A stretch of 45,960 nucleotides of DNA from Pelomyxa schiedti (lineage: Eukaryota > Protista > Evosea): positions 1 through 45,960 of the forward strand of contig JAHLWZ010000924.1 in the NCBI GenBank assembly GCA_020536535.1, in the 5' to 3' direction. The notes beneath the pieces were generated by a model. The model made no database searches. It had not been told where the DNA came from and worked only from the letters and a program-made list of their open reading frames with translations. Position 1 is the stretch's first letter. Every line of letters begins with the position of its first letter. Shown here in pieces: positions 10,901 through 23,200 of the stretch. A program made the position numbers and the translations under genes.

Positions 10901-12530
10901 CCCCCACGAAGTCCAGTACTTTTTGGTCTTGCCGTTACTCCAAGTTCCTCCAGAGTAAGCCGAGCTATAGTCTCCTTAAGTAGCCCAAGCCCAGCAGAAG
11001 GCTTGTTGCACAACCATAGGTCATAGGTAAATGAACTATTCCCAATCAGAAAGCATAGACTAGAGTGAGAAACACACCCAGAAAAAAAATTGATATCCAT
11101 CTTTCCAAACTCTCCACTCGCAGGTAAGCTTACGGGAAAATTGGTCACACTTAAATCTGGGGTCGTTGAAGATTGGGTCTGCTTTGGTAGAAAAATGTAC
11201 ATCACAACCCTTATAGATGTTGTAAGTGCGAGATGGTGAAGAAACCTCACCTTCTTGTTAAAGAACGAAGAAAGAGCACCCTCATGGACCATCATGAGGG
11301 AATTGGCATGAGCTGTTCCAAGAACTAAGTTGCCTGCGGACTGTGATCCACCCTGTGAGAATGCCTGCCTGTGAAGCCAATCCCAAGTAACCTCATCGTT
11401 GCTATCAAGGAGATCAACAAATTGATCTACTTGCTGAGCCTGTTCTTAGGTGAGCTCCAAAAAATCTCTTTCATTACAGACCTTATATAAAAGCCTAGCA
11501 GTCTGTGTTGCACTGCCATTTCCTCTGATTCCGAATGTGTTCAGCAACCAATCCTTCATGACCTGGTTCTGTGTTGGAGAACGTTTTCCAGATTGCCTCT
11601 TAAGTAAAACAAAAGGTGTTGCTTTTCCTGAGGGTCTTGAATGGGAATTAGAGCAACAGTCTCCATAAGTCCGACATACGAGGGTACATCCGGAGGTACA
11701 TGCATCAAACTATACGCGGAGAGTTCAGGGTTCCCATTAAAGATCTGGAAGCGTGACAGTCCATTGGAAGACACTGAAGGGCATCCAGTCTTGTGAGAAT
11801 CCCAGAATTTCCTTGCCGCTGACTCGGGGCTAAGTTGTGCAATAAAGTTCTCGGTTCCTGAAGTTCGTTAACAATGGCCACAAACTAGGGGGAGCTTTCA
11901 AACCTGTGGAAGGGCACCACAGTACCAGCTTATTAAACCGGCCAAATGGGTTTATAGCGGAGTATTGTCTGTCAACAGGATCCCGCGGATGAAATACCGA
12001 ATATAGCCGGATGAAAAAAATTGGCTGATACTCCGGACTCTTTCTGAGCCACGCTGTGAGGAGTGTCTTGAGGTCGGTGGTTGCATTTTCTGCATGTCCG
12101 ACTTTGGTTACTTCTACTTCAATGTAAGGGAGGGCATTAATTTCTCGTGTCGCGGCCCTGTCACTCATTTCCAATGGAGGTGGTGGTCCCTGCGAGTAAA
12201 GGGGTGGAATTCCAGCAGCACGTCGTTTAGCCGCGGCTGCAGACTCGGCAATGGCTTCCAAAGTTTTCAGTGTCCCACTGAGCTCATCGGTAGAGAGCTT
12301 GATGCGCACAGGAAACTTTCCTGGGTGGGGCTTGGGTTCCCAAGGTACACCGTCATCGTTGTATTCCTTCGGCTGTATTGCTCAACCAACAACAAAAAAG
12401 GAAAAGAAAACAAAGTTCAAACCTGCTTTCCCTTCACGCATGTGGCCTCTGTGAAGCAGTCACAGAAAGTAATTATTACATTTTCTGCCTCTGGCTCTGT
12501 ATCTTGGCCCTCCTCCGCAACCGTGTCCAT
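4951..12530 (-). CDS. Giant multi-domain protein of unknown function (>2000 aa): HNH/His-Me-like motif, long beta-rich region, coiled-coil/helical region, repeated C-terminal modules
   Basis: ORFs 11830-12309, 11556-11774, 8677-11295, 8012-8614, 7763-7990, 6552-7724, 6360-6542, 5979-6308 and 4951-6033 are all on the minus strand. Most of the junctions I traced can be joined by short GT-AG introns (e.g. ACAG|gtttga..cttcag|GA, AAG|gtctgt..aacag|GCT, GAG|gtgagg..aaag|AAA, ACT|gtatgc..ttag|AAA). Probable ATG 12530 (MDTVAEEGQDTEPEAEN|gt). One junction near 8730 needs a frameshift or a 29-nt intron. Confidence 0.75.
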
Positions 12531-12809
12531 CCAGATTACCAATTTCGAAAGTCGAAACGGAAGAGCCCTTGCTTGAAATGGCTGAATTAAAATAATCAAC
12601 GGACCGGAACGCTGTAATTTTCTGCCTCGACAAGGTTCCCTGCAAAAAACCACCACAAGAAAAGTCCCCGCCCAAATAGTTTGTTCTATTGTAAACAAAC
12701 ACTGGTTAAACACCCAATTTTTGATTGTCTCAATTTAAAATAAGTACTTTGTGGTGCTATTCACATGCTCTCGTTTTGTCGTTTTTTTTTTTTTGAACCC
12801 ACAAGTGAC

Positions 12810-14287
12810 CTACAAGAAGTACTCAGGTGGTGACCGTTTTACCGGGATTGAATTGGAATCTGGTGGTGCTGCCTCAAACGTTTTGAAATGCTTGGTCATA
12901 TTGTCATCTACCTCAAGTATAGCGGCAACATTCCCACACCTTAAAAGAAGGTAAAGCAGAATCGAAAGGTAAGGCAGCCAAACCTATAGCAATAATTTGG
13001 AGCAGACCACACAGTCACAAGGGATTCATTGAACATCCACTTATAACCCTCCATTACAAGTTGGTGAGCACGGCAAATCAATTCAAGCTTGTTGGCAGTA
13101 TTAAACTGGGGAAATGTTAAAATGAGTCAAGGAACGATATTAGCAGGATGCCTGATGCACGATATCGGCCCCGAACAGGTATCCTGCGCCACGAGGGCTC
13201 ATACTCCAGCCTTCAATTTCTGGAAGAATGTTAGTCTGGTCATTACTCAGATCGAGATGAGGGTACCTTCAGGATCAGACCACAATAGGTCACACATGGA
13301 ACCATCATGGGGAACTTCCTGCTTTCTATCCATTGTCCTTATCTACTAGTGTTAGTGCCTGGTACAAAGGTGACGGAAAACAACCTGGTCAAGTGTGTGA
13401 ATTGAAGGAGACAAGCCACCGTGAACACAGAAAATTCTGTTGTCAATAACCGCACTCAAACTGTTTCCTGTTAAATCTGAAAGGGGGGAAATTCGACATG
13501 TACCTTAAATAATCAAAAATTTCAGTGCAGTACCTCCACACATTGACACTTCCGAACTTTCTTATGCACTCATCGTAAAAACCATAGACCTTGAAGGGTG
13601 TGTTCACATGTGCAACTCCAGGGTACATGGGGAAGTTACCTGTGTTATTTGACGGCTTTCATGGTTTCCGCGTATCAATGTGATTCGGTCAGGGTAGCGC
13701 ACCTGGTTGACAAACACGTTAAGGGGATTATTCACCCACCGCATTGATGTTGTGCAAAGTGCTGCAACCATTTGCTTGCATATTACAGCTCCCCGTTTTT
13801 TAGTGCAAGCTTATGTGGAATGTGTGTTGAATGTGAGTCTGACAGTAGATTCGACAACCTTAAGTGCTATCAGTAGGAGGAAAGTTTCCACACTGTTGAA
13901 TCCTCTATCAACAAAGTCCCCAAGGAACAAGTAATTTGTACCAGGACATTCACCACCAACTTTGAATAATTCTTTAAGATCAGAAAATTGTCCATGAATA
14001 TCTCCACAAATCTGTCCAGAGCAAATTCATGTTAAAAGGTGGGTTGCTTTTTCTTAGTATTGGCAATACTAGGCATGTTAAGATGCACAGAAAAATATTA
14101 AGAAATGCAACTGCACGTTAAAAGAGGGGAGGATTACAGTCACGGGCAAATCTACACGTTGGACATTCGCTTCCTCAACCAAAATTTCTCTCGCTTTTGT
14201 ACACAACGCTTTCACCTCAGACTCTTTTATCAACTCACAACGCCGCAACTTTTCAATATGCCTATCAAGGTCAGATGTCGATGTCAT
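12810..14287 (-). CDS. PPP4C: Serine/threonine protein phosphatase PP4 catalytic subunit (PP2A family)
   Basis: [46 protein letters not shown] (PP4-type N-terminus). Spliced exons give [26 protein letters not shown] and [22 protein letters not shown]-terminus ...PPEYFL, stop TAG 12812-12810. Confidence 0.92.
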
Positions 14288-14906
14288 TGGTGAAGAAAAA
14301 ACGACAGTGAATGCTGCTGTGGTGGCTGGAGATCCTTTTTTTTCCACAAATTTGTTGTTTTTCACTCCGCCTCGGCTCAATATTCCTATATAGAAGCACC
14401 GATCGCTTTGCAGAAAAAAAAAGGGGAGAGATCGGTGATCGGGCGGTTTGTGGCACACCACCAAATTGTTGATTTTTTCTTGTTTGTTTTCGCTTTCTTG
14501 GTTCTTTTTTTTTCTTTCTCTTCAGACAGTTGCAAATTCAGGGGAAAAGATCGGAGATCTCAGAGTCTCCTCGAGTACCCAGGCATCAGGATCCAAGAGA
14601 GAATATCGTGCCTCGACCTAACACTTGTGTGGGGGTCGAACTGCTCCATCCCAAGAGACCGGGTTCCCTCCTGTTGATTAAGCGAAACAGACAGTGTTTT
14701 CATCATCAAAAAGTAACCAACACTTCAAAGACCGCTGTGAGTAAACCCCGAAAAAAATAACAAAATCTTAAACAAAAAAAAAAGAGGGAAGTGCTGCGGC
14801 AAGGTGAGGTTACGCCACATCCTTGGATCTTGTCGTAGAGAATCTTGCGCATCGGCCATCTACGTAGTGAGTTTTTTATTACGACACCAAGCAAAGCGGG
14901 AAGAAA

Positions 14907-16584
14907 ATGAGCATCGTTTCGCGCGCCAAGTTTTTGATGTGGCTGTTCTGCCTGTGCTTTTCTCTTGCCGGCGTTCAGTTCGTCTACTCCATTCAATTCG
15001 CTCTGGGAACCCCTTTATTCAACGAGCAGCTGAAAGTGAGCCCGGGTGACGTCGCCATCATCTTGTCAACAGCAGGACCTATCAGCGGCTTTGTGGTGCA
15101 ACCAATAGTTGGTGTTTTGAGTGACCGATGCACAAGTAAATGGGGCCGCAGGAAGCCGTTCATTTTCATTGGGACTCTCTGTTGCGGCGTTGGTATGGCC
15201 CTCATTGGCGCAAGTGTTGATTTGGGCAACCTTTGTGGAGATGATCCCAACGGCCCCTCTACCAGTGATCACGTATGACAAGGATAAGGGAGGGCTTGAT
15301 TTTGATGAGTATCCAATCTTTCTTTTAGGTTTGGGGACTTGTATTCGCCATCACTGGGTTGTGGGTGATGAACGTTTTTGTCAACGCAGTGCAAGGGCCA
15401 GCCAGAGCTATCGTATCTGACATTGTCGATGCAGATAGACAACAGGAGGGTAACGCCATGGTGTCAGGTACTTTAACTTATCTCAAGACTCGTTTTAATT
15501 TTTATCGTCAGGTGTCATGGGTGTGGCCGCAATTATTGCTAGCGTTGCCGGTAACAATTGTCGTGATATAACACTTTTATTTATCATATTATTTAAACAG
15601 GTGCCCAGTTCTTTATGACTCCTGATCCCTACCGAAACCTCTTCTTTATTGGAGTCCTGTTCCTTTACTTCAGCTGTGTCCCTACACTTCTTGCAGGCAA
15701 GGAAGAACAACATACCTTGACAGAAAAAGAAAAAGCGGAGGGCAGCAACATTCTGGTTGTATTTTTGAAGATTTATCAGGGGTTCCGCTACATGCCACGC
15801 AAGATGATTATTGTGGTTGTAGTATTTTTCCTCAGCTGGGCAGCCTACAGTCCATACATGATTTACATAACAACGTTCTTCGGTTTTTCAATCAAATTCT
15901 AAAACTAGTAGTGTTCTTACCTGTAAAATAGGTGTGAACATATATGGAGGAAACCAAGATGACAAGAAAGATCTTTATGATCAAGGTGTTCAAATGGGCA
16001 TGTACGGTCTGGCAGTTTTCGCAGCATCACAATGGATCTATTCCTTCATTCTTCCCTACACAATCAAGTTCACCAATGTTACCATTGCGTATGCTGGCTC
16101 CCAGTTATTGGCTACAGGGTGTTACATTGTCTTCTTCTGGTTAACAAAGATTGGTCCCACATATGGAGTGATGGCGTTGATTGCAATCAACTTTGTATGC
16201 ACCCTCCAATTTTCGTTCCAATGTAACACTTCTAATCGAAATACTCAAACACAGACTACTTTGAACTCTATCCCGTTTGGGCTTGTTAAGGGTCTCACAG
16301 CCGGCTCCGACGCTGGTTTGTACATGGGCGTTCTTAATGCAGCCGCTGTGGTGGCACAGACAGTCACAGAATCCATTGCCGGTGCCATTGTTGGTGCCTG
16401 CCCGTACATAGACGGCTCCCAGAACGTCGTGTGGGGCATCATATTCGGGGGTGCATTCAGTGCCATTGCCACCGTCGCCGCATGCTTCCTGCGCGCTGCA
16501 CCAACAGTCACAGAGGAGAAGAAGCCACTACTTGGGATTAACAGCGACGCCTCAGCCAGTCCACCCACCACAGAAACCCCATAG
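14907..16584 (+). CDS. MFS/GPH sugar transporter, sucrose transporter (SUT/SUC)/SLC45-like
   Basis: GVQFVYSIQFALGTP; GPISGFVVQPIVGVLSDRCTSKWGRRKPFI; NAVQGPARAIVSD; GLYMGVLNAAAVVAQ. Multiple TM helices spread over intron-separated ORFs. Confidence 0.9.
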
Positions 16585-16722
16585 AGTGAAGTACTGTAAC
16601 CCACCAATACCGCTAATTCGTGCTAACAATAATAGTCGTTGTTTGACTGGAGAAAAGGAATTTTTTTTTGGTATTTTCAACAACTACCTACAAAACTTCA
16701 TTTTTCGTCTATTAGTTTGTTT

Positions 16723-19700
16723 TCATGACTTGTTTGGCACCAGGGGTGTAGTTTCGGCCTGGTGAGGTGAAGCTGGTGGTGAGGGGGAAGAGGATGAGGA
16801 GTGTTGACTACTACAGGAAGATATACTACCGGTGAGTGTTGTAAGTGTCGCTCCTGGTGATCCGTGGGAGTGATGTACATGCAGTGGTGGTGATTGTGGT
16901 GTGTTGGAGTTGTTGGTGGGTGATGGGGAGTTGGGAATCACTGGTGCTACTAGTTTCAAAGGAACCTCTTCTTTGGGAAGGTGATCAAGGAATTTGTGAA
17001 GCCCCTCAATGTGTACAAGTATGTCACTGAAGGGTGGCCTTTTGAGGAGTGAGAATTTAGAAGGAAGCGTGTGTTAGTTACCTTGACGTGGGTTGTTCAT
17101 CCCAACAAGTCCTAACAAGGTTTGTGTAACACTCAGGACAAGACGCAGGGAATGTTGGGCGGAGGCCCTCGTGACCCACACAGAATATTACCCTGAAGGC
17201 TGGCATTCCTGCAAAGGGGTCCTGCCGTGTGAAACATTCCCACATAACGACTGCAAAGCTTGATGGGAAACCTGTTGGGTTTATTGAAACCACTACTAGT
17301 TAGGTAACCTGTATATATCGGCTTTTTCTGTGTAGTGTGAATGGCGGAGGACTTCAGGGGCAGTCTGTTGTGAGTGTTACAGCATGTACTACTAACAGTA
17401 TTGCCAATACTCACCCAGCAAGGTGTACCACATGCAGTCATAGTTTGAGAGGCCTGCTCGACGATGGTAGACAGACCTTTGGAATTGTAAATGTAAATAT
17501 GAGTCGTATCCAACAACCAAAATCACAGACTTTCACCTTCCAAAATTCGTCGACCTGGGTGATTTATTGGTCTCAGGGGAAAAAAAAAAAAAGTTGCTGT
17601 ACAAGTAAGTTATGGCTCTTGAGATCTCTGTGAACTATAGGCGGCTTACACGAGTGGAGATAAAGGCAACCTCGCGCTGCATCGGCAAGCATATCCAATG
17701 TGAGTTTCCTTTTGCCACGTTGAGTTCGGTTTTGATGTGCTGTAAAAAAGATACCAGTTTATATGAACACTGGGAGAATGTAGAATCCCATATAAGCTAC
17801 CTCTGCACATATACTCAGTGGCAATGCAGATATCTGGTTGTGACATGCAACTACCAAGAAACTGAACAACATTTGGATGCCGCAGTGTCCTACAATTATC
17901 ACTTAAATGGATATTGATGCATGAAGTACTTCATCAAAATAACTTCTTTCTGGAATTCTCGTATGAACACATTTGATGGGTTCTGTTGCGTGGGAAGTTT
18001 TTTTACAGCTATTGTCGCTCCTTTCCAAGTTGCTTTGTAGACCTTTATTGCTTTGAGTGGATGTGAGGAAAAGCATGGTTACCTCCCCAAATCTTCCTCT
18101 GCCTATACGCTCCCCGAGTTTTACATCCTTTATATCGATTTCCTGATTTCCGGCTTTGGGAAAAACGTAAGGGACTAATTAGATGTAAAGGAATCGAACC
18201 TCGTATTAGCTCTTCTCCTTTCATGTTCTTCTTGTGGCATGACCACAAGCATACTAAACACAAAATAAGCACAACGGCAAAGCCGCCGACGGCAATGGCA
18301 ATCCACTCGCTCTCAGTCAAGTGAAAAGGCTCTGAAGATTGAAAGAAAAGTTGAGGTGAAGTCCTCTGACCAAGAAGGGCGAACCTTCTACAAATTTGAA
18401 AGGAAACGAAGCTGAGAAATATTGCCCATTGAGACTGACTGATAAGGCAACAACAGTGGGTGCAGCCCATGGTGGTGTCGTACACATAATGTGTCCGTTG
18501 GAATAGCTAGGAAAGAGTCAAGATAGTTTGAACAATAATTAAACCTACATGGCAGATGCATTTATGATTGTAGTGTTATCATCGAATCTACATATCATAA
18601 ATGGCTCTGTGTCAATGATGTTGATGCCATAGACACTAATCTCAGTGCCACCGACTAGATAGTCTTCTGTTGGATAGACACTAGTAATTTGAACGTCATC
18701 TGCCAAAATGTTAGGCGTTAGACCACTTTTTAATGCGTTTGGTAATAAAGGTTTCGATGCAATACCATAATATTGAAAAGTGATGGGTTCCTCCGGTTCA
18801 ATTAGGAACTAAATTGGTTAGGAGACTTTGATAAGGACAAGCCATACATACAGTAAAACGGTTATCAGACAAGTGAAAGTAAACGAACCCCGCTTCTACT
18901 GGAACCGGTGATTGGCAGATCATTATCTCAGAGGAAACCCAAGTCGTATTAACTAAACAACGCAGTTAGCATTGTTCCATTCTCTGCCGCAAATCAAAAA
19001 CCTATAGTTTCCCCGAAAACACAAGAGAGGGCAGTTGAATTGGTGAAGTCCTGCCCTCGTATTATTACTTCAGTTGGGACAGTTGTGGGACCGCAATAAG
19101 GCTGAATTGATGATACATCGGGGAGATTTACAGTGTAATTAAGCCCGACCTCGATATAACTGAGGCATATTTCATTCAATGTTACAATAACCTTAAGTAC
19201 TGGTTTAAAAAAAAAAAAAAGAAAAAGAAAAAAAGGGCACAAACCTCAACAGAATTTGTTCCAGAGTAGTTATAAGAGGGCCAACCCCCACCCATTTCGC
19301 AATACATCAGTAACTTTGTTTTGAGTCAGTTGTTACAAAAAAAAAACCTATTAAAACACACTGGTGCTACACAGTTTCCACAAAGACAAGATGTTACTTG
19401 TGGAAGATCAAGATCACCAACACGGTAGCCTTGAACCTCTATATAAACCTTTTTGTTTGTTTGTTTAACAACAGAAAACAAGTGTGCACCTGTCCTGGGT
19501 CAGAAAATTGATCACAATTATAAGCACCCATCAAAGCGAGCCCAACAGCAGTGACTGTAGCTCCTTGTGGAGTAGGGTCCCAGAAATACTTGATGTCCTC
19601 CCAATCTCCTCTTTCTCTTTGTTACAATACTCTCAAATGGGCTTTGCACTACCTGTTATTGTAGTTGCATGCAAAGTACGCTGTCATATTTAACCCAGGG

Positions 19701-19921
19701 TCACAAGTGTCACAGAGAGGCGTGCCACCAAACTACCGGAAGAGAGGCGTAAAAATCGATACCCAACACGAAACGGTGCATACCCAAGACACGTTTGTTA
19801 GTACATAGCTATCATAAACCATTTCGGTGTGCGACAACTGAATAAGCCACATAAACACGCCACACATGTGGCACAACAGGTCAATGAGACCTGGGCATCT
19901 ACGGCGCCCGCTGCTGCGCAT
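16723..19921 (-). CDS. Receptor-like TKL protein kinase with extracellular IPT/TIG domains (5' end approximate)
   Basis: IPT-like segments ([35 protein letters not shown]; [21 protein letters not shown]). TM helix [21 protein letters not shown]. Kinase motifs across exons: [58 protein letters not shown]. Ser/Pro-rich tail, stop at 16723. Confidence 0.88.
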
Positions 19922-20234
19922 TGCGGATCTTACCGCTCGCCTGCCAGGTGCCTGGTTTTGTTTTGTTTTTCGTCTGTCTTAGCGTTCCCCAGATCGGGGT
20001 GTCAAGTTTGGCACATTAAATTACCTGCGCCGACAACGAAACGTACATTTCAGTTGGGTATTGATAAAACGCAACAAACAAGAGGCCATAAAGTGGGAGA
20101 GCATTTAGTATGAACCCCAAATTAATGGACATACTCAACTGCACAAATCAGGGTTTGTGTGAGTGAACAAATTTCATTTTTGAGGGTGAAGCTCTCATTC
20201 CATAGCATTGAAGTTGAAGTGCATTAGGCCAGGT

Positions 20235-23200
20235 TCAAGCTCCATTGTGCTTGAATTTGAATAGCTGCACACCGTTTCCTGCCGCTGCTAAAGCCCAAAA
20301 ATCACCCTCACAATTCAGCTTGTGTGTGGTGATGCAAGCCAAGTCCGGTACATCCACAGGAAGAGCACAGGCTTGTACAAAGGAAAGGGTTTCAGTAATA
20401 TGGGGAGTTGAATGTGTCTCGCTGGCGGATTTGGCAGTGCTTGCGTTAATTTCCCATACACAAAGTTTCTGGGACTTGCCCACACTAATGACAAACTTTC
20501 CGCAAACGGAAATGCCTATTTAGATTGTCAAATCACCAAATTAGTGAGCTGTTTGGTACCTGTTATTGCACAAGAGTCCGCACTGGGAAGAGAAACGGTA
20601 TTGTCTACTCTCACTTGTAATTCTGCTACGGGGTGTGCCTCTTTTTAAGGCCATAAGGATGGATCAATTGAGGATTTGGGGAGAACCAAAATTGCTGACA
20701 GTGACATGGAATGCAGATACTGCCTGGTCATCACCGCCGCATGCAAACAAGCAGCATGTATTGCAATTCGGGTGCAGGGGGCAGGTGGAAAAGGGTTCAA
20801 TTGATGCCACCCCCGATTTGTGGCACATTGGTGAAACAACGCAGTGAGGGTGAAATTTTATAGTGGGATGGTGTCTGTCTCAGTGTTACAAGTGGAAAAC
20901 TGTAATGGGGGAAAAACTGTACTCATCAATGAACGGGGTAAATAAGTCCTGTGTGAAAGTCCATAGAGCAATTTGTCCGTCGTTTCCCCCAGAGACAACA
21001 ATGTGACGAGAGTCGCCTAGAACATGAGAAATAAATCTGGCTACAGATTAAATACCAAAAGAGAAATGGGCCATGGAGAGAATAGGAGATGTGTGAAAAT
21101 CGGATGTTCCAATCAGGGTGTATTTATTTGTAATTTCATCAAATGTGAGAACACTAAATCTTGCATCTGAACTGCCACATATAAGGCAGAATATACCTGG
21201 AGAGGCATAAGTAAGATTAAGGAAAAAGAAATCTTGAAGGGGCACTTTTAACCACGTGAAAGCATATCATTGATGTAATTTTGCATTCTGTTATATCTTC
21301 CTCCTCGATATTCTTTTCTGAAGATACAGTCTCCGTACTATGTGCATTATCAGCTGCAGTTGGTAGGGGACTTGGTTCTGGAAGTTTTGTTGTGTCTTCC
21401 CCTTGAACAGCTGGGGGCAGTGTTGACATTTCCTGTTGTTGTACGAGCATTTCCGACGGGGGAGGAGGTAGTGGCCACAGCCAGCCACCTTTGAGTCGAT
21501 GCAGTCTAACACGAGACTGTCCACCGCCACTAAAAACGAGTATGGAATCACTGAATGCATAAGCTGAAGTAAATTAAGTCATACATTCACAATTGTATCA
21601 AAACTTACAAGGCGCCATTGCAAAAGATCTCACAGTTCCTACGTGCCCCTCAACACGTTGGACAAAACTAGTACTTAGTTCTTGATCACCTATCGTCATT
21701 TAGAAAAGAAATGAGTTTCACATTTTCACATACATGCAGATAAAACTATGCAAGTGTCCCTGCTCCCAGTAATAAGAAAAAGTTTGTTTTGGTGGTTGAC
21801 TAGAAGAGAGCAATTTATTTCAAGCCCATGGAGGGGAGAGCAAAGAGCCTTAAGAGAAGTCATACTACTAAATCCTCTTCAGTTCTGTATAGAAATTGGG
21901 GTACACAGAACTCACAGTAATGGTGAAGGAGAAATCCAACTGGAAATAAGGAAGTCCTTAGAATGTGCAATTGTGCAGTCTGTTATATCTTTACCAAAGT
22001 GCACAGCAAATGCTCTGCGGTTTTTGGGACACTTTCGGGCAAGGACCTTAATCAATATTGAGCAATATTGGGAGCAAATGTCATGATAAGAGAAAGACCA
22101 TTGATGTATCAGAAATGTTTTGTATGACAAGAAAGTTATTCCAAAGACCCCAAACGTGTATATTTTCTGAGTGTCCATTTGAAATGATGCCTTCAACATT
22201 TCCCATGTTACTGAATGCTTGTTTTTCTTCCATCAGTGACAATTTGAAGTTCTCCTGAATGAAATGTTTGTATTTTAGTGGATTGGAAGATAGCAGGCAC
22301 CTGTGTATTGACTGCAAATCTTCGGAACACGCCATCACGCCCACAACACACAAGTTGCAAGTCTCCTAAACCTGTCTGCAGTATTTTCATATCACTTATG
22401 CGATACCTAATATCTTCGAAGTTTCCACAAACAGAGACTGACCACAGAGGGAGGTTCTTGCCCTGTGGTGCCTCTTTCCAAAAAAAAATGTGAGTAGGAG
22501 ATTTAAAGACTAGTCCATTACCAGTGTCAAACTTGAAGCAATGAACAGTATTACACTCATCAGAGACAAGTAAGAATGAACTCGAGGGGTCACACACAGC
22601 ACAACTTGCTACGCGATGCAGAGCACGCTGCTGTGAGTTGACTATATGCCTGTCTGGGAGTCTATAGGTCTGCTTATGTATGGCCTATATTTTTGCATTA
22701 AATTATTTGTGGGTTACTCCACAAAAACCTGGAAAGGTTCAGACTTTAGGCCCCACAATTTTAAAGACCCAGTCCACTTGCAACTCAGGACCAACAGTAT
22801 ATTGCGAGGCAACGTCAGGCAAAAAATTCGAACTATTTGTCCCTTGTGTGCTGGCCATATCTGTTAAATAATGAATTGGAATAATCACAAATGTTTCTCC
22901 CATACAAGAGGTTCACTGTTCTGTGTGAATAGCCCCATGGAACCATCCTTCCCGCCAACAAATGCCTCGGAACTGCTTGGGGAGACGCCCACACAGTGCA
23001 CTTTAAAGGGGGCAGTTCCCCACATGATTGGCTTCATTGTAGACTGGGTTAGGTTGTAATTGAACACATTGCTAGAGTAAAGTTAAGCAATGAAGAGAAC
23101 GAATAAAAGTACTTTAAGTTTGACACTACAAATAGAATCGGTATGGGAGAGCCACCAAATTGCATGCACACGGGATACTCATGCGGTTTTATCCTTCTGG

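Noticed and set aside
11050-11250. Possible cryptic introns inside the long ORF just after the nuclease-like motif
   Set aside because: The tempting GTGAGG/GTAAGC donors did not combine with the obvious acceptors to restore the frame. Simple read-through is open, so I left it unspliced pending RNA data.
8677-11295. The 872-aa ORF as a stand-alone intronless (bacterial-contaminant) gene
   Set aside because: The frame stays open upstream of its ATG to a splice acceptor, and the flanking exons join through spliceosomal introns, so it is part of a larger eukaryotic gene.
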